This document shows, in pieces, positions 51,179-64,000 of a stretch of DNA of 64,000 bases. Location: assembly GCA_951406725.2 (NCBI GenBank), contig OX597822.1, forward strand, positions 63,364,001-63,428,000, given 5' to 3'. The notes below the pieces were generated by a model. That model was not told where the DNA came from. It worked only from the letters and a program-made list of their open reading frames with translations, and did no database searches. The first letter of the stretch is position 1, and the number at the start of each line of letters is the position of its first letter. The stretch comes from Octopus vulgaris. Lineage: Eukaryota. The position numbers were made by a program, and so were the translations under genes.

Positions 51179-53089
51179 AAAACTGTTGGCTTCACGCCAA
51201 AATAAGAAAGCATATTGCTAAGATATATAAACAAAGTTTTTTTTTTTTTTAATATCCCACGTACATGTCTTGTCTTCTACCTATCATTATATAAGTATCA
51301 CACACAAAATTGTCTTATTAATAGCATCAAGCCTTTACCAGAACAGCGACCTCACAAGTATCAAGAAGTGAATTAGTTGAACAGTGAAGTGTAACATCCA
51401 AATATCTCCTCTTTATTCTGTGTTGAAGGAAACTTACTCAAAATATTAAAAAAAATAATAATTAATAAATTATAAAATATTTAATCAACATAGCCATTTT
51501 GGATTCTCTAATGTATACAGCTTGAAGTTGGTAGGACTATGAGTAAAATATGTTAAATAAAAAGATGTGGCTGGTATAAATATTTTTAAAAACCTTAACT
51601 AGCTTGGAATAGTGAGTTTATTAAAAAATATATTTTATAATATATAGTAGATGTGTTTATGTTTTAATGATGAATTATCTATTTTGGGATAGGTTTTTAT
51701 TTGTTTATTTATTTGTAAGGTTGGTTGACTACTTTTGCTGCTGGATATTGTAATACTTCCCCAAGCTAAGAGATAGGAGTCGATTTGTTTTGATCAGGCA
51801 TACGAGAGCACGCACAGAGTTATGTACCTTGTTCGGAAGCACACCACCACATCACAGCAATTGTTCTTTGGTTGAATTTAATGACTGTCTGGTGAAAGCT
51901 TAGAATGCAGTTTGCTCACAAGAGACGAGATCCTCTTAAAGCCTTAATAATCACCCATGTGTGAAGAAGATTTTTCACCTACATTGGTTTTTTATTAATA
52001 ACTGTGGGGTGATGTATGTATGATATACAAGATGAAATATCTTAGACAGGTGCTATTGGATATAGTCTGCTATTTGAAGTAAATTTTGAATAAGGGTAGA
52101 TTCCATAATATACTTTTCCTCGTTTAAACTCCATATCTGTGTATATATAAAAACCCAAGTAAGGCCAAGTAGTTGAAGAGGTTCGGTTGGTCATCATGAG
52201 ATCTTGGGCTTGGACCAACTGTATAGTATCTTAAGCAAGGGTCTTTTACCTTGGTCTGAGGCTAACCCAAATTTTATGAAAATGGGTAGACAAATAGTGG
52301 AGCCTCTTAGATAGACTCATCATCATTGTTTTAATATTCACTTTTCATGTTTACATGGGTCAGGCAGGTTTTCTATGACCAAATGCCCTTCTTGTTACCA
52401 ATCCTCACCTGTTTCCAAGTAAGGTAATATTTCCTCATGACCATACATTTCTCATAAAATACTGGAAACAAAGGACACTTTGCATGAGTGACACTTGTTT
52501 ACAGTTATTCTGTGATGTCATGGCAAGGGGATAATAACATACTCATATGTATGATGGGCTTCTTTCAGTTTCCATCTCCCAGATTCACTCAAGCCTTTTT
52601 GGTTAGCCTGGAGTTATAGTCGAAGACACTTACCCAAGCTGACATGCAGTGAAACTGAACCAGGAACCCTGTGGTTGGGAAACAAATTTCTTGCCACACA
52701 GCCATGCCTTCAATTCAAGGAGCTAGTCCTGCCACACTGATTCTGCTTGAGGATTACATTAATGGTACCTGCCTGTGGAATATTCAGCCATTGATAAGTA
52801 TAATTCGTTAAGTAGGTAACTCAGTTGATTGGACACATGAACAACTCTGTATATTATACATATATATATATATATATATAATATGACACACCAGCTGAGG
52901 GTAGTTTTTCTACCTGACCAGCTCCTGTCAACCAACCTACCCATGCATGCATGGAAGATGGATGTTAAGCGATGATGATGATATACACACACATACATAC
53001 GTGTGTGTATAATATACCTGAGAATATAAACTTAAATATAGCAAATTGAAGCTTAGCCATACATACTGAAATATGTAAACAAACATTAA

Positions 53090-53303
53090 CCCTTTAGCAT
53101 TTAAACCAGCCATATCTGGCCAAAATATTCTACTTATGTTCAAATTGGCCAGATTCAGCCTCTCACTGAACCTATCATGTAGTTCTTAAAAATAAATAAT
53201 TGCATCATCGAAATCTTGAAATTACATGATGGTGCATGTTTAATTCAAAATATTATGAGTTAATAAGTGTTACATTTGACAGAATAATCTGAATGCTATA
53301 GGG
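53090..53303. mobile_element. piggyBac-like MITE (same family as 41466)
   Basis: TTAA|CCCTTTAGCATTTAAAC...ATGCTATAGGG. Confidence 0.7.
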
Positions 53304-53810
53304 TGAAAGCATAATATATATGGACACACACACACACACATCCATGTTTATGCATTATTTTGTTTTAATGGTCATTTTTCTGTGCTTGCATGGATCAGAT
53401 GATTTATTTGGTGCAGCATTTTACAGCCAGATGCTTTCCTGTTGCCAACACTTACTTGTTTTACAAATAAGGGGTGTTGCTTTTTTTTTTATTCTATTGG
53501 CCTTCAAAAGCACAGCAACTGGTCATAATATCAGCATAGATTATAAGCATCTTATCAACATTTTGCTTAGACAGTGGCAAGTGCAGCTGTGAAAAGTCAA
53601 CATATAGGTGTGTACACACACACACAAAGGATCTTCATATAGTTTCCATATACCAATTCCACTCATGGGGCATTGGTTGTCCTGGAACAATAGTAGAAGA
53701 CACATGCACAGTGTGACTGAGTCCAAATTTATTTGATTACAATGTTCACTTCATACCCACCCAGCATGTTTGCACCTATTTAGGTGAAGGTTTATATATA
53801 TATGTATATA

Positions 53811-54287
53811 CTAGCTTAAAAGCCGCTTGATAGAGCGACATTTAAGCTACTGACCCTGAATGGGAAGATTTGCAAACAGATCTCTGACTTGTTTTGGAGA
53901 ATTTGTTGCAATCGCTTCCTCCAGAGTCATATCCCAATAATGATATTTGTCACAAAAAATCATGTAAAAAAATTGCCAAAAGCAATTGCTGGATTTTGCA
54001 ATTAATTTCAGTTATTCTCAAAATTTATTTCCAAGTTATAAAAATTGTTATTGTACAAAAAAATTTGTTGCCAAAACATCATGTAGAAAAATTGCTGAAA
54101 ACATTCACAGTAATGAAAACTTGGGAATCCAAAATTTCGGTATTGCAGTTCCCATTTGGCCTGGAATGTTCTTAATTTACTCACGGAGTCGGCCTGATTC
54201 CAAAATGGTATGATATGTTGGGCTACAGCCTGTAGGAGCAAAGTTGCAAAAGTGTGATACACTGACATTCGCATTTATTATATTAGA
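53811..54287 (-). mobile_element. Non-autonomous Helitron
   Basis: Minus strand reads a|TCTAATATAATAAATGCGAATG ... hairpin GTCGCT-ctatca-AGCGGC ... CTAG|t, with no TSD. Confidence 0.75.
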
Positions 54288-56260
54288 TATATAATTTTAC
54301 GCTTGTTTTTCCTTCCTGATAGCGATTGGACAAGTTTGTTCCAGCATTTTGCTACTTACTGAGGTTCTTTGTGAGATCCAGTGTCCTGAGGTCAGACAGA
54401 CCTCAACATTTTCAATAATATCTTCCTCTTTCTACACACTCATTTCCTTTCTTCATTCAGCTGTCATCCTTCATATGCATCACCTATCTATACCAATACA
54501 GTCCTTTCTCTTGTATATGACTTGTTGATTACTCTTTTTTTTTCATATAGTTATGGATAGCTGATTAAGACGAGTATACTGGTCATTCTCAACAAGGAAA
54601 CTATAACTTATGACAAAATATTTAATTTGGACTTTGTTATCAGCTATTGATTTGCAGTCAACTAGCTTCAAATTTTCTTCAAATTTCAGTACACGTTTCA
54701 TTGTATACATTGAAATGTTTACTTTTCCATTGTCCACAATTTAACTTTTCTAAGGTTGCTATTATAGTAACAGGTATTTTGTTTGCTGTTTTTCTCCATC
54801 AGTAAAGATGGAATTTCAATATACTTCCATCTCCAAATTACAGTTGAATGTTGAATATTAGTAAATGTTAGTTAACTGGGATGGTCAGGATGAGAACTTG
54901 TCAGCAAGTTGACAGAAGCAAAAGCTTGTTGAAGCAATAATAATAGCAGAACAAGCAGTGTGGCAAGTGGCTCTTTAACAAAAGTATGAAAGGATTTTAA
55001 ATATGTATACAAGCACTCCCCCAACCCAACCTTCGCTCTCTCAGATTTTTGAGGCAAAAAAAATGTATTAAGAACCAATTGTTCCATAGATGAAAACTAC
55101 TTGAAATTTGTATCTATTCAATCTCTGCTTCAGTACTTTTGAACAGAAAATACTGTTAAGAATTGTGGAAATCATCAGAAAGACAATAGTACTGAGTTCT
55201 AACATGCTTTTGTTTTATAAATATATATATATATAAAGTTAGAAGCTCTGCAAAAGGAACGTTTGTTTTTAAGTTTTGTCTTGAAATGAGCATTCTTGTC
55301 AGTTTAGTTGAATTACTAAATGGTTAATAGAGCATTCAACTTGAGGTAGTGGTTTATTTTTCTCTTGGCACACAAGTGTTTGTTTGCTTAGTATAAATGA
55401 AGAATGATTCGGTCCTCTGGCTCATTGGCTCCTGTTGAACCATTCAACCAATATCAGCATCGAAGATGGATGTTATATTCAAACTAATTGTTGTTGTTCT
55501 GCTCATTCCCTCTGATGGAAAAAAATCTCTAATCCATTGAGCCGGATACTTGCTTGTTTAATCAATCTTATCTCACAACATAGATGATTGATTAATCTCA
55601 TGTAGTGAACAACATAATTGTAAACAAGAATTTCAATCATCATTTTAACATAGACTTTTCTGTGTTTGCATGGGTCAGAGTTTATTGAGACAAACTTTCT
55701 ACTGTTGGATATCCTTCTTGTTGCCTATCTTCACCCATGGTTACAGCATGTTCTTGCAGAATATTGGAAATTAATGTCACTGCTTTGTATAACAGCAACA
55801 GTCTTTCTACAACTCTTATGCGATGTCAAAGCAAAGGGGCACTAATACACATAATAGGCTTCTTACAGTTTCCATCTACGAAAACCACTCTAGGCTTTTG
55901 TCAGCTTATTGCTATAGTAGTAACCTTGCCACATCAGCTGGCTTGCCAGTCCTCAGTCAAACCATCCAACCCATGCCAGCATGGAAAGCAGATGTTAAAC
56001 AATGATGATGATTCATATCCGTGTAATTTATACACTTTACATATGTTGTTAATATTGGTTTAAAACAGTCAGTTGATTAGTATTTAATAGCATTTCAATT
56101 ATAACATCTGTCAGTGTCTCTCAGTGAAATAACCAATAATTGGGTTTAGTAATGACCATTGTCATCATTGAAATTTTTATTTATAAACATGACTATATTT
56201 TTCATTTACAAAAGCATGACTAACTTATTTTTGTAATATTTTTTTATCTTTTTATTTCAG

Positions 56261-56316
56261 ATCCGACTCAAGGCTCATTAGAGAGTGAGCCAGGATCAAG
56301 TAATAAGGAGAAACTA
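56261..56316 (+). CDS. Exon 2 of the unidentified gene (DPTQGSLESEPGSSNKEKL)
   Basis: Strong acceptor TTTTTATTTCAG and donor CTA|GTAAGA. Phase-compatible with 48750-48768, giving MADTEADPTQGSLESEPGSSNKEKL. The gene probably continues beyond the window. Confidence 0.7.
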
Positions 56317-57625
56317 GTAAGATATCTTTGCTTTCTTAATCAACTTTATACAATAAGTTTTCTTGCAAGATTGCTCAGTATAATACTTCAGTTTCTGACT
56401 GAGAAAACTACTATATACATACTATAACTACTATATACATACATACACACTGTTTTGTGTATTTTGTAGCTCTTTATAATCATGTATCATCTGTGCTTTC
56501 ACCATCACTGTCACCATAATCATCAGTTGCAAAATAGAGTTCTTTGCCAAATATATTTCTTGCAGTCTCACTTGAAATATAGTTCCTTTGGTTCCATTTC
56601 ACAATGCTAATGCAAAGTATTTTTTTCTCAAATCATTGTAGTGTAGTGCACTAGATAACATATGTATTATAAAAATATATTAAGTAGCTTTGGGCCAAGA
56701 CATGTAATAGAATCTGGCATGATGATAGATGTACTACATTCCTTTACATCTCCTATTCCTTAAATTCATCAGCAACTGGCAGTACCACTATCTTTTCTGT
56801 CAAGATTTAACCATTAGTGACACTTAAGTATTCATATTCTAATGGGTTGGACCCCATATGATGACTTGGTTGACAGTCAACTCTGGACAGATGGTGTCCT
56901 GTAAGTTGCAGCTGTTATCCTATCCTGTTACCTTCTTGGTTAACTGTGGGAGATCAACATCGTGTGTTGCTTATTGGTTACTTTCTGCAGCCACCTAACA
57001 ATTAAAGCCATTCAGAGCATGTACTTTACACTACTAAATAATTTGTCTTCGGTATATATATATTTAAACAATCTGACTCTTAGAGCATACATGGTCTTAG
57101 CTGGACCAAAATTGAATGACTCTCTACAAAATCAGAACCGCAATCTTTAGTGCTTCAGTTTTCATAGCCTTCATTGCTTTTCTCAATGTTACATCTGATT
57201 TCTCTGTTGCTGGTTTCTTTGTTGATTCTGAGAGTAGCTCTTCTTCTTCTATCCATATTTGATTAACAGTGTTTGGGTTTGAGATGTTTTGGTGCTGCTA
57301 ATTGGACATTGCTGATTTGATGTAACATTTTAATGTCTCTCTGTCTCAGAGCAAATTTCTCTGTGTGAGGAGAGGGAGAGTGTTTATGTCACTTGGTGTT
57401 GGTGCCACATAAAAAGCACCTAGTATACTCAGTAAAGTGGTTGGCATTAGGAAGGGCATCCAGCTGTAGAAGCCACACCAAAACAGACAATAGAGCCTGG
57501 TGCAGTCCCCAGGTTTTACCAGCTCCTGTCCAACCCATGCCAGCATGGAAAACATTAAATAATGATGATGTGTGTCTCTCTCTCTATATATATATATATA
57601 TCTATCTATATATATATATATATAT

Positions 57626-60600
57626 ATCATCATCATCGTTTAGCGTCCGCTTTCCATGCTAGCATGGGTTGGACGGTTCAACTGGGGTCTGGGAAGCCAG
57701 AAGGCTGCACCAGGCCCAGTTTGATCTGGCAATGTTTCTACGACTGGATGCCCTTCCTAACGCCAACCACTCCACGAGTGTAGTGGGTGCTTTTTACGTG
57801 CCAGACGAGTCTGGCAAACGACCACGATCGGATGGTGCTTTTTATGTGCCAGCGGCACGGGGGCCAGGCGAGGCTGGCAATGGCCACGAACAGATGGTGC
57901 TTTTTACGTGCCACCGGCACGAGGCCAGTCGGGGCGGCGCTGGCAACGGCCACGTTTGGATGGTTCTCTTACGTGCCACCGGCACTGGTAACTCAGCTGC
58001 AATTTCCATTGATCGATTTCGATTCTGACTCTGATTCTCACTTGCCTCAACAGGTCTTCACAAGTAGAGTTTTGTGTCCCAAGAAGGGAAGGTATGCACA
58101 AGTGGGCTGGCTACATCCCATGTAGAAGGCCACGGGTTATGGTCTCACTTGTCCTGCCGGGGTCTTCTCACGCACAGCATACTTCTAGAGGTCTCGGTCT
58201 CTAGTCATTTCCTCAGTGAGACCTAAAGTTCGAAGGTTGTGCTTCACCACCTCGTCCCAGGTTTTCCTGAGTCTGCCTCTTCCACAGGTTCCCTCAACCA
58301 CTAGGGTGTGGCACTTTTTCACACAACTATCTTCATCCATTCTCGCCACATGCCCATACCAGTGCAAACGTCTCTCTTGCACACCACATCTGATGCTTCT
58401 TAGGTCCAGCTTTTCTCTCAAGGCACTTACACTCTGTCGAGTATGAATACTGACATTACACATCCATCGGAGCATACTGGCTTCATTTCTTGCGAGCTTA
58501 CGCATATCCTCAGCAGTCACAGCCCATGTTTCACTGCCATGTAGCATGGCTGTTCGTACACATGCATCATACAGTCTGCCTTTTACTCTGAGCGAGAGGC
58601 CTTTTGTCACCAGCAGAAGTAAGAGCTCTCTGAACTTTGCCCAAGCTATTCTTACTCTAGCAGTTACACTTTCAGCACACCCGCCCCCGCTGCTGACTTG
58701 GTCACCTAGGTAACGGAAGCTATCAACTATTTCTAGTTTTTCTCCCTGGAATGTGGTAGAAGTTGGTCTCAACACATTTTCAGTGTTTATTGTTCCTGAG
58801 CATCTGCCACATACAAAAACTATCTTCCTAGTTAGCCTTCCTTTGACATTGCTGCACCTCTTATGTGTCCATAGCTTACACCTGGTGCATCTTATAGAGT
58901 TTCTACCTACACCTTTTCTACAGATCAAGCAGGGTCATCTACCTGAAGGCGTTTGTGATTTGTCTACCTTCCTACTTATTAGGACTTTGGTTTTAGCTAG
59001 ATTGACTCTAAGGCCCTTCGATTCTACTCCTTGCTTCCACACCTGAAACTTCTCCTCCAGTTCTGACTCAGCAATTAGAGCAAGGTCATCAGCATAGAGG
59101 AGCTCCCAAGGGCATCCTGTCTTGAATTCCTCTGTTATTGCCTGGAGGACTATGATAAATAGGAGGGGGCTGAGGACTGAGCCTTGGTGGACCCCTACCT
59201 CTACCCGGAATTCTTCACTGTACTCGATGCCAACCCTCACCTTACTAGCAGCGTCCCTGTACATGGCTCGCACAGCTCTCACTAACCATTCATCTATCCC
59301 TAGTTTCCTCATTGACCACCAGATAAGGGATCGGGGACCCTGTCGAAGGCTTTCTCCATGTCAACAAAAGCCAGGTACAGGGGCTTATCTTTGGCTAGGT
59401 ATTTCTCCTGCAGCTGCCTTACCAGGAATATAGCATCAGTGGTACTTTTCCCTGGCACGAACCCAAACTGCATCTCATCTAAATTAACTCTCTCTCTAAT
59501 TAGTTGGGCTATGATTCTCTCCGTAACCTTCATCACCTGATCCAACAGCTTGATACCTCTGTAATTATTTGTATCTAGGGCGTCACCTTTACCTTTGTAG
59601 CAGTTGACTATTATGCTGCTACACCAGTCATTGGGTATGACTCCTTCGTGTATCACCTGATTAACTATACGGGTGACTAGGCTATAGCCGACACTACCAG
59701 ATATTTTGAGCATCTCTGCAGTGATTCCTGATAGGCCTGGGGCTTTCCCTGTCTTCATGCTTCTAATTGCCTTAACTACCAAGGAACTGTCAACTCGGAT
59801 AGCTGGTCCCTCTGTTGGGTCAACATTCGGCAGACTCTCTTTATCCCATTCATTTTCTTTATTCAGCAACCTTTCATAGTGGCGTCTCCAAACCTCTCTC
59901 TTTGCATCCTCATTTAGCGCAAGTGAACCATCTTCCATGCGAACACACTTCTCTCCTACCACATCACAATTCTCTCTCACACACTGTCTTGCAACGCGAA
60001 ACACCTCCAGTCTTTGGTCCTCACGGCGCAGAACATTGGCAAATTTTTTCTTATCTGCTTCCCCTCTGGCTAGATAGACCTGTCTCCTAGCTTCCCTTTT
60101 GGCAGTCTGATACAATTCCCTGCTACCACCATTCTTCCAGTCCTTCCAAGTCTGTCTCTTTTCTCTAATAGCCCTGTCTACAACACTGTTCCACCACCAT
60201 GTTACCTTGGGACGAGAGGGGACTTTGCACCAGCCACAGATCTGGTCAGTGGCTCTCAGCAGGTTGTCCCTTAGAAATGTCCAGTTGCCTTCTACCCCAT
60301 GTGATACTCTATCCCCTTCTACTTCGTCAAAGGCTTCAAGTAGCATGTCCCTAAATCTCTGTCCATTCGCAGGATCTTTAAGCTTCCAGATCCTTCTTCT
60401 CTATGTTGGTCGTCTTCTGGTTGTCCTCCTAGTCCTGATCCTAAAGTCACTAACTACCAGTCTATGTTGTGGAGTACATTCTTCACCTGGGAAGGTTTTG
60501 GCATTTATAAGCAGCCATTTCTCCCTTTGCCTGGCAAGGATGTAGTCAATTTGGCTGGTATGTTGGCCCAATTGGTAGGTGACTAGGTGGCTTTCCTGAA

Positions 60601-61230
60601 GTTAGTGTTGCAAATCATAAGCTTATTTGCATCGCAGAACTCCAGCAGCCTGGTTCCCTCCTCATTGTGGGAACCATAGCCATAGCCTCCATGTACGCCA
60701 TGGAAGCCCCCAGCATGTTGTCCAACGTGACCATTGAAGTCACCAGCCACAAAGAGAAGGTCTCTGTCGTTCGTCAACGAGGTAGTCTGCAGTAGAGTGT
60801 CATAGAATCGGTCTTTCTGTCCATCAGGTAGCCCCAACTGAGGAGCATAGGCCGATATAATGGTTGCTAAACTATGATGAAGCACTAATCTAATCTTAAG
60901 TATTCTGTCACATACTCTGATTACCTCAATTACTTTATCTACCCATTTCTCAGCGATAAGTATACCCACGCCACCAACCCCGTCAGTGTTCCCTGCCCAG
61001 AAAATCTTGTACCTGTGTTCCTTGCCTGTGAGGAACCTAGCAGATCCTCCTCTCCACCTTACTTCTTGCATGCAACATATATCCACACATCTCCGTTCAA
61101 GCATCTCGTCTATCTTGCCAGACCTACCTTTGAGGGTGTGGGAGGTATGGGCCCTAGAGACCCTGGGATGGTGGACAGTAGCTTCATGTACCTGAAAAGA
61201 AAGCTCGCATTTGGCAGAATTCATGTGCAA
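57626..61230 (-). mobile_element. Near-full-length RTE-clade LINE (APE endonuclease + RT), disrupted
   Basis: EN motifs MQEVRW, GVGILI, SAYAPQ, AGDFNGHVG. RT motifs YKGKGD..NNYRGIKLL, QFGF, FVDMEKAFDRV, GVHQGSVLSPLLF, LLYADD (59085-59096), FRYLG. (GAT)n tail. Frameshifts at ~60585 and ~59335; stop at 58935. Confidence 0.97.
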
Positions 61231-61363
61231 GTAATACAGTAGCCTTCAGTTCAACCTGCATAACACTAGCCTTTCATATTTTGCACTCCATGAACATTAC
61301 CTTACATAGGTCGAGACTAGGAGTAGGGATGGTGAAAGAGCATTTGCTCTTTATAGACTTGCA

Positions 61364-62201
61364 ACTAATATAGACTTGGGGCAGAAAAGGTAAAATCTGA
61401 GTTCGTCAGGCAATCTAGCTAGTCTATAAACTAGGAAGAGGTTCTGTTAATTGTGTGAGCAAGAAAGTAGGTTTGAAAAATCTGAGAAAGTGAGATTTTT
61501 AGGGGAAAGATAAGTGGCTATGAACCGGGAGCAACAGGGAGACAAGACTAAACGAAAAACATATTTGAGCTAGACAGAGTAATGAGAGAATACTGAAAGA
61601 AAGAATAATATAATGAGAGAGTACTGAAAGAACAATATAATGAGAGAGAAATCGAAGAATAATGATGATACGTGCAAAGATAGAAGGTAGAGGAAAGCGA
61701 GGCTGAAAGAAGAATTTCTTAACTTTAACCGTTCATGATCTGTGCGTATTTCTTCATTAGATATTTGGAAGCGAGTGGGGTTAATGATAATGCGATCGCT
61801 CGTTTATATATGGTGATGGTGGTTATGGAAAGAGGGGGACATAGAGAAACATAGGGAGAGAGATAGGGTTAGTTAGAGAGAGGTGATCAAGAAACACGTG
61901 GGAGGAAGCGGTGTGAGGAACTTTGACTAGCATAGTTGAAAGTGGACGGCAGTGTCGATAATAATTATTATTTGATAACTAATATAGACTTGGGGCAAAA
62001 AAGGTAAAATCTGAGTTCGTTAGGCAATCTAACTAGTCCATAAACTAGGAAGAGGTTCTGTTAATCATGTGAGCAAGAAAGTAGGTTTGAAAAATCTGAG
62101 AAAGTGAGATTTTTAGGGGAAAGATAAGTGGCTATGAACCGGGAGCAACAGGGAGACAAGACTAAACGAAAAACATATTTGAACTAGACAGAGTAATGAG
62201 A
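61364..62201. repeat. ~225-bp direct repeats separated by a purine-rich spacer (period ~614), ending in (TA)n
   Basis: 61364-61588 and 61978-62201 are near identical. Confidence 0.85.
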
Positions 62202-62507
62202 GTATATATATATATATGTGTGTGTTTGCCTCTGATACCAAAAGGTACCATTGCCAAAACAGGCTGAATGTTCAGTCAGCTATGCCAAGTTTTCAACATC
62301 CAAGCAGCTGCACGCAATCATCTCATTCTGACAATGCTTGAGAGTGTGTTATTATGGTCACAGAGGGTAACTATATGTCCATATCATAAATCTGTTGATT
62401 TATCAGTAATGTTTCTATCCAGAACAATATTCCACTAGCATATTACCTACTCTTAAAGGAGAACAAAGTTAACATGTTCTCAATGGAGAATGTTTTTGAG
62501 GTTTCTT

Positions 62508-62737
62508 ATTTCTTTATTGCCCACAAGAGGCTAAACATAGAGGGGACAAACAAAGACAGACAAACGGATTAAGTTGATTACATCAATCCCCAGTGCGTAA
62601 CTGGTACTTAATTTATGACACCAAAAGGATAAAAGGCAAAGTTGACCTCGGCAGAATTTGAACTCAGAACGTAATGGCAGACAAAATACCGCTAAGCATT
62701 TCGTCCTGCATGCTAACGTTTCTACCAGCTCGCCGCC
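62508..62737 (-). mobile_element. SINE family S3
   Basis: Reverse complement begins AAGGCGGCGAGCTGGTAGAAACG. Confidence 0.85.
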
Positions 62738-62739
62738 TT

Positions 62740-63400
62740 GTTTTGGCCAAATTTATCAAGGACAAAGGCTGCTTTTGACATAGGTAAAGAAGATTTAGCT
62801 TTACAGATATTGTATAGAGAGGAGAGAGAGAGAAGATGATTATTAATGATGTCTCTATCATTCTTGGGGTATTGGAAATGAGAGTAATTAGTAGCAGGTA
62901 GTGTCGGAGAGATTGCCCTTCATGAGAATGGAATCTATTGTTCCAAAAATCAGGATAGATGGCGATAGAGAGATTGAAGAGATAGGGACTAGCTTTGGGT
63001 TGCGTTGTTTGAAAGTAATGAAAGGGATTCTGTCTAAGCTGTTAGCCTTGTTGATTGAGGTGGCCAGAGCTACTTTTGCTTTTAGCAAGTATGTGTATTC
63101 AATGGTATTCTGGTATGCATATGGGAGGAGATAAGATGAGTTTTGAAGGAGTTTAGTCTAGTGTGGAGTTGAAATTCGAATGTATAGGTTTTTCTCAGCA
63201 GGAGAACTATTTATGAAACCATTGAGGAATGGTGAGTAGAACAATCTGGTAAAATCAGTAGAGACCCTTTTGACAAGAAACCAAAAGAATTTAGAAGAGT
63301 TGCAAGTTGCGTAAGCATTTTTGTAAGGGATCTTGCTGGAGTTGTGTGTTTCTAGCCAGGATTTTTTTTTCTTTTCCAAGTTTCAGCTCATGCTGGGGCA
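62740..63400 (-). pseudogene. Possible decayed retroelement ORF (Penelope-like pre-RT region)
   Basis: Broken frames give KLVPISSISLSPS..ILMKGNL and KAAFVLDK, loosely like the NLS..L...E..LL.KG and ADKGNA.V.LDK motifs. The match is weak. Confidence 0.25.
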
Positions 63401-64000
63401 CTTCTGTTGCAAGCTTTATGGATCATGTTGTTGGCTTGTACTGCTGCTGTAAAGCTACAAATGGAGCAATTAGGGGATTTGGGTCATGTCTTTCAGTTGC
63501 CTACTGGTGAACTGGGCAGAAGCATTAGAGCTTTAGATAGAATACCTTACTCTCTTGTTCTGGCTTTCTGGGCTCTGGGTTCAAATCTTGCTATGGTCAG
63601 CTTCACCTTTCTTCTCTTCAGAGTCAATAAAGTGCCAGTCAAGTACCGAAGTTAGTTTCTCTTCTCTCCTCTTCTATCTTTCTCTCAATCAGCTATATGG
63701 AGCAACTACAAAAGAAAAGTTCTCACAGTGGCCCCACCCAATCCCTTTAATGTCTGTGGACAGACGTTAGCAGTTACCTACTTAACTGCTCTGTGGTGTG
63801 TCACATTTGTTGCCATAAATAATTCGTGTAGAAATTGTAGGGCTCTGACCAGTCAACAGAAGTGCCAATGGCACTGGTGTGTGTGTGGTGGGGTTGGGTT
63901 GGAGGTGCAATTGATATATGAATGTGCAGTGAGTAATTTGTTGTAGGCTGTTGTTGGATGATCTGATATTAAGAGTGGAGAAAGATATCAAATATATTTA

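Noticed and set aside
55390-55520. Intronic C/D-box snoRNA candidate (ATGAAGA...CTGA)
   Set aside because: The C box is imperfect, and no terminal stem or recognisable rRNA guide was seen.

Overview
Repeat-dense, AT-rich animal genomic DNA. The tRNA-derived SINE families, the (GAT)n-tailed RTE LINE and the microsatellite load look like an octopus (coleoid cephalopod) genome; this is inferred from recognition, not from a search. Most ORFs in the supplied track are microsatellite or SINE artefacts. Two host genes are supportable on the + strand. One is a single-coding-exon orphan secreted protein (36655-37488: signal peptide, EF-hand-like loop, Cys-rich basic C-terminus) with a possible 5' exon ending at 20453. 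The other is the first two coding exons of an unidentified gene (48750-48768, 56261-56316) behind a GTCACGTGA/YY1-type promoter. Mobile DNA includes three SINE families, a disrupted near-full-length RTE LINE with a PHD-type finger inside its RT, a deleted mariner, and Tc2-, piggyBac-, hAT-, Merlin-like, Helitron and Helentron-type non-autonomous elements. The most striking observations are: (i) several unrelated fold-back (inverted-repeat) elements in TA/TG microsatellites that carry type I hammerhead ribozyme motifs, always transcribed after their antisense arm; (ii) a very young 777-bp tandem array with repeat-spacer-repeat architecture and a diverged relative 23 kb away. Coordinates were read by eye and may be off by a few bases.
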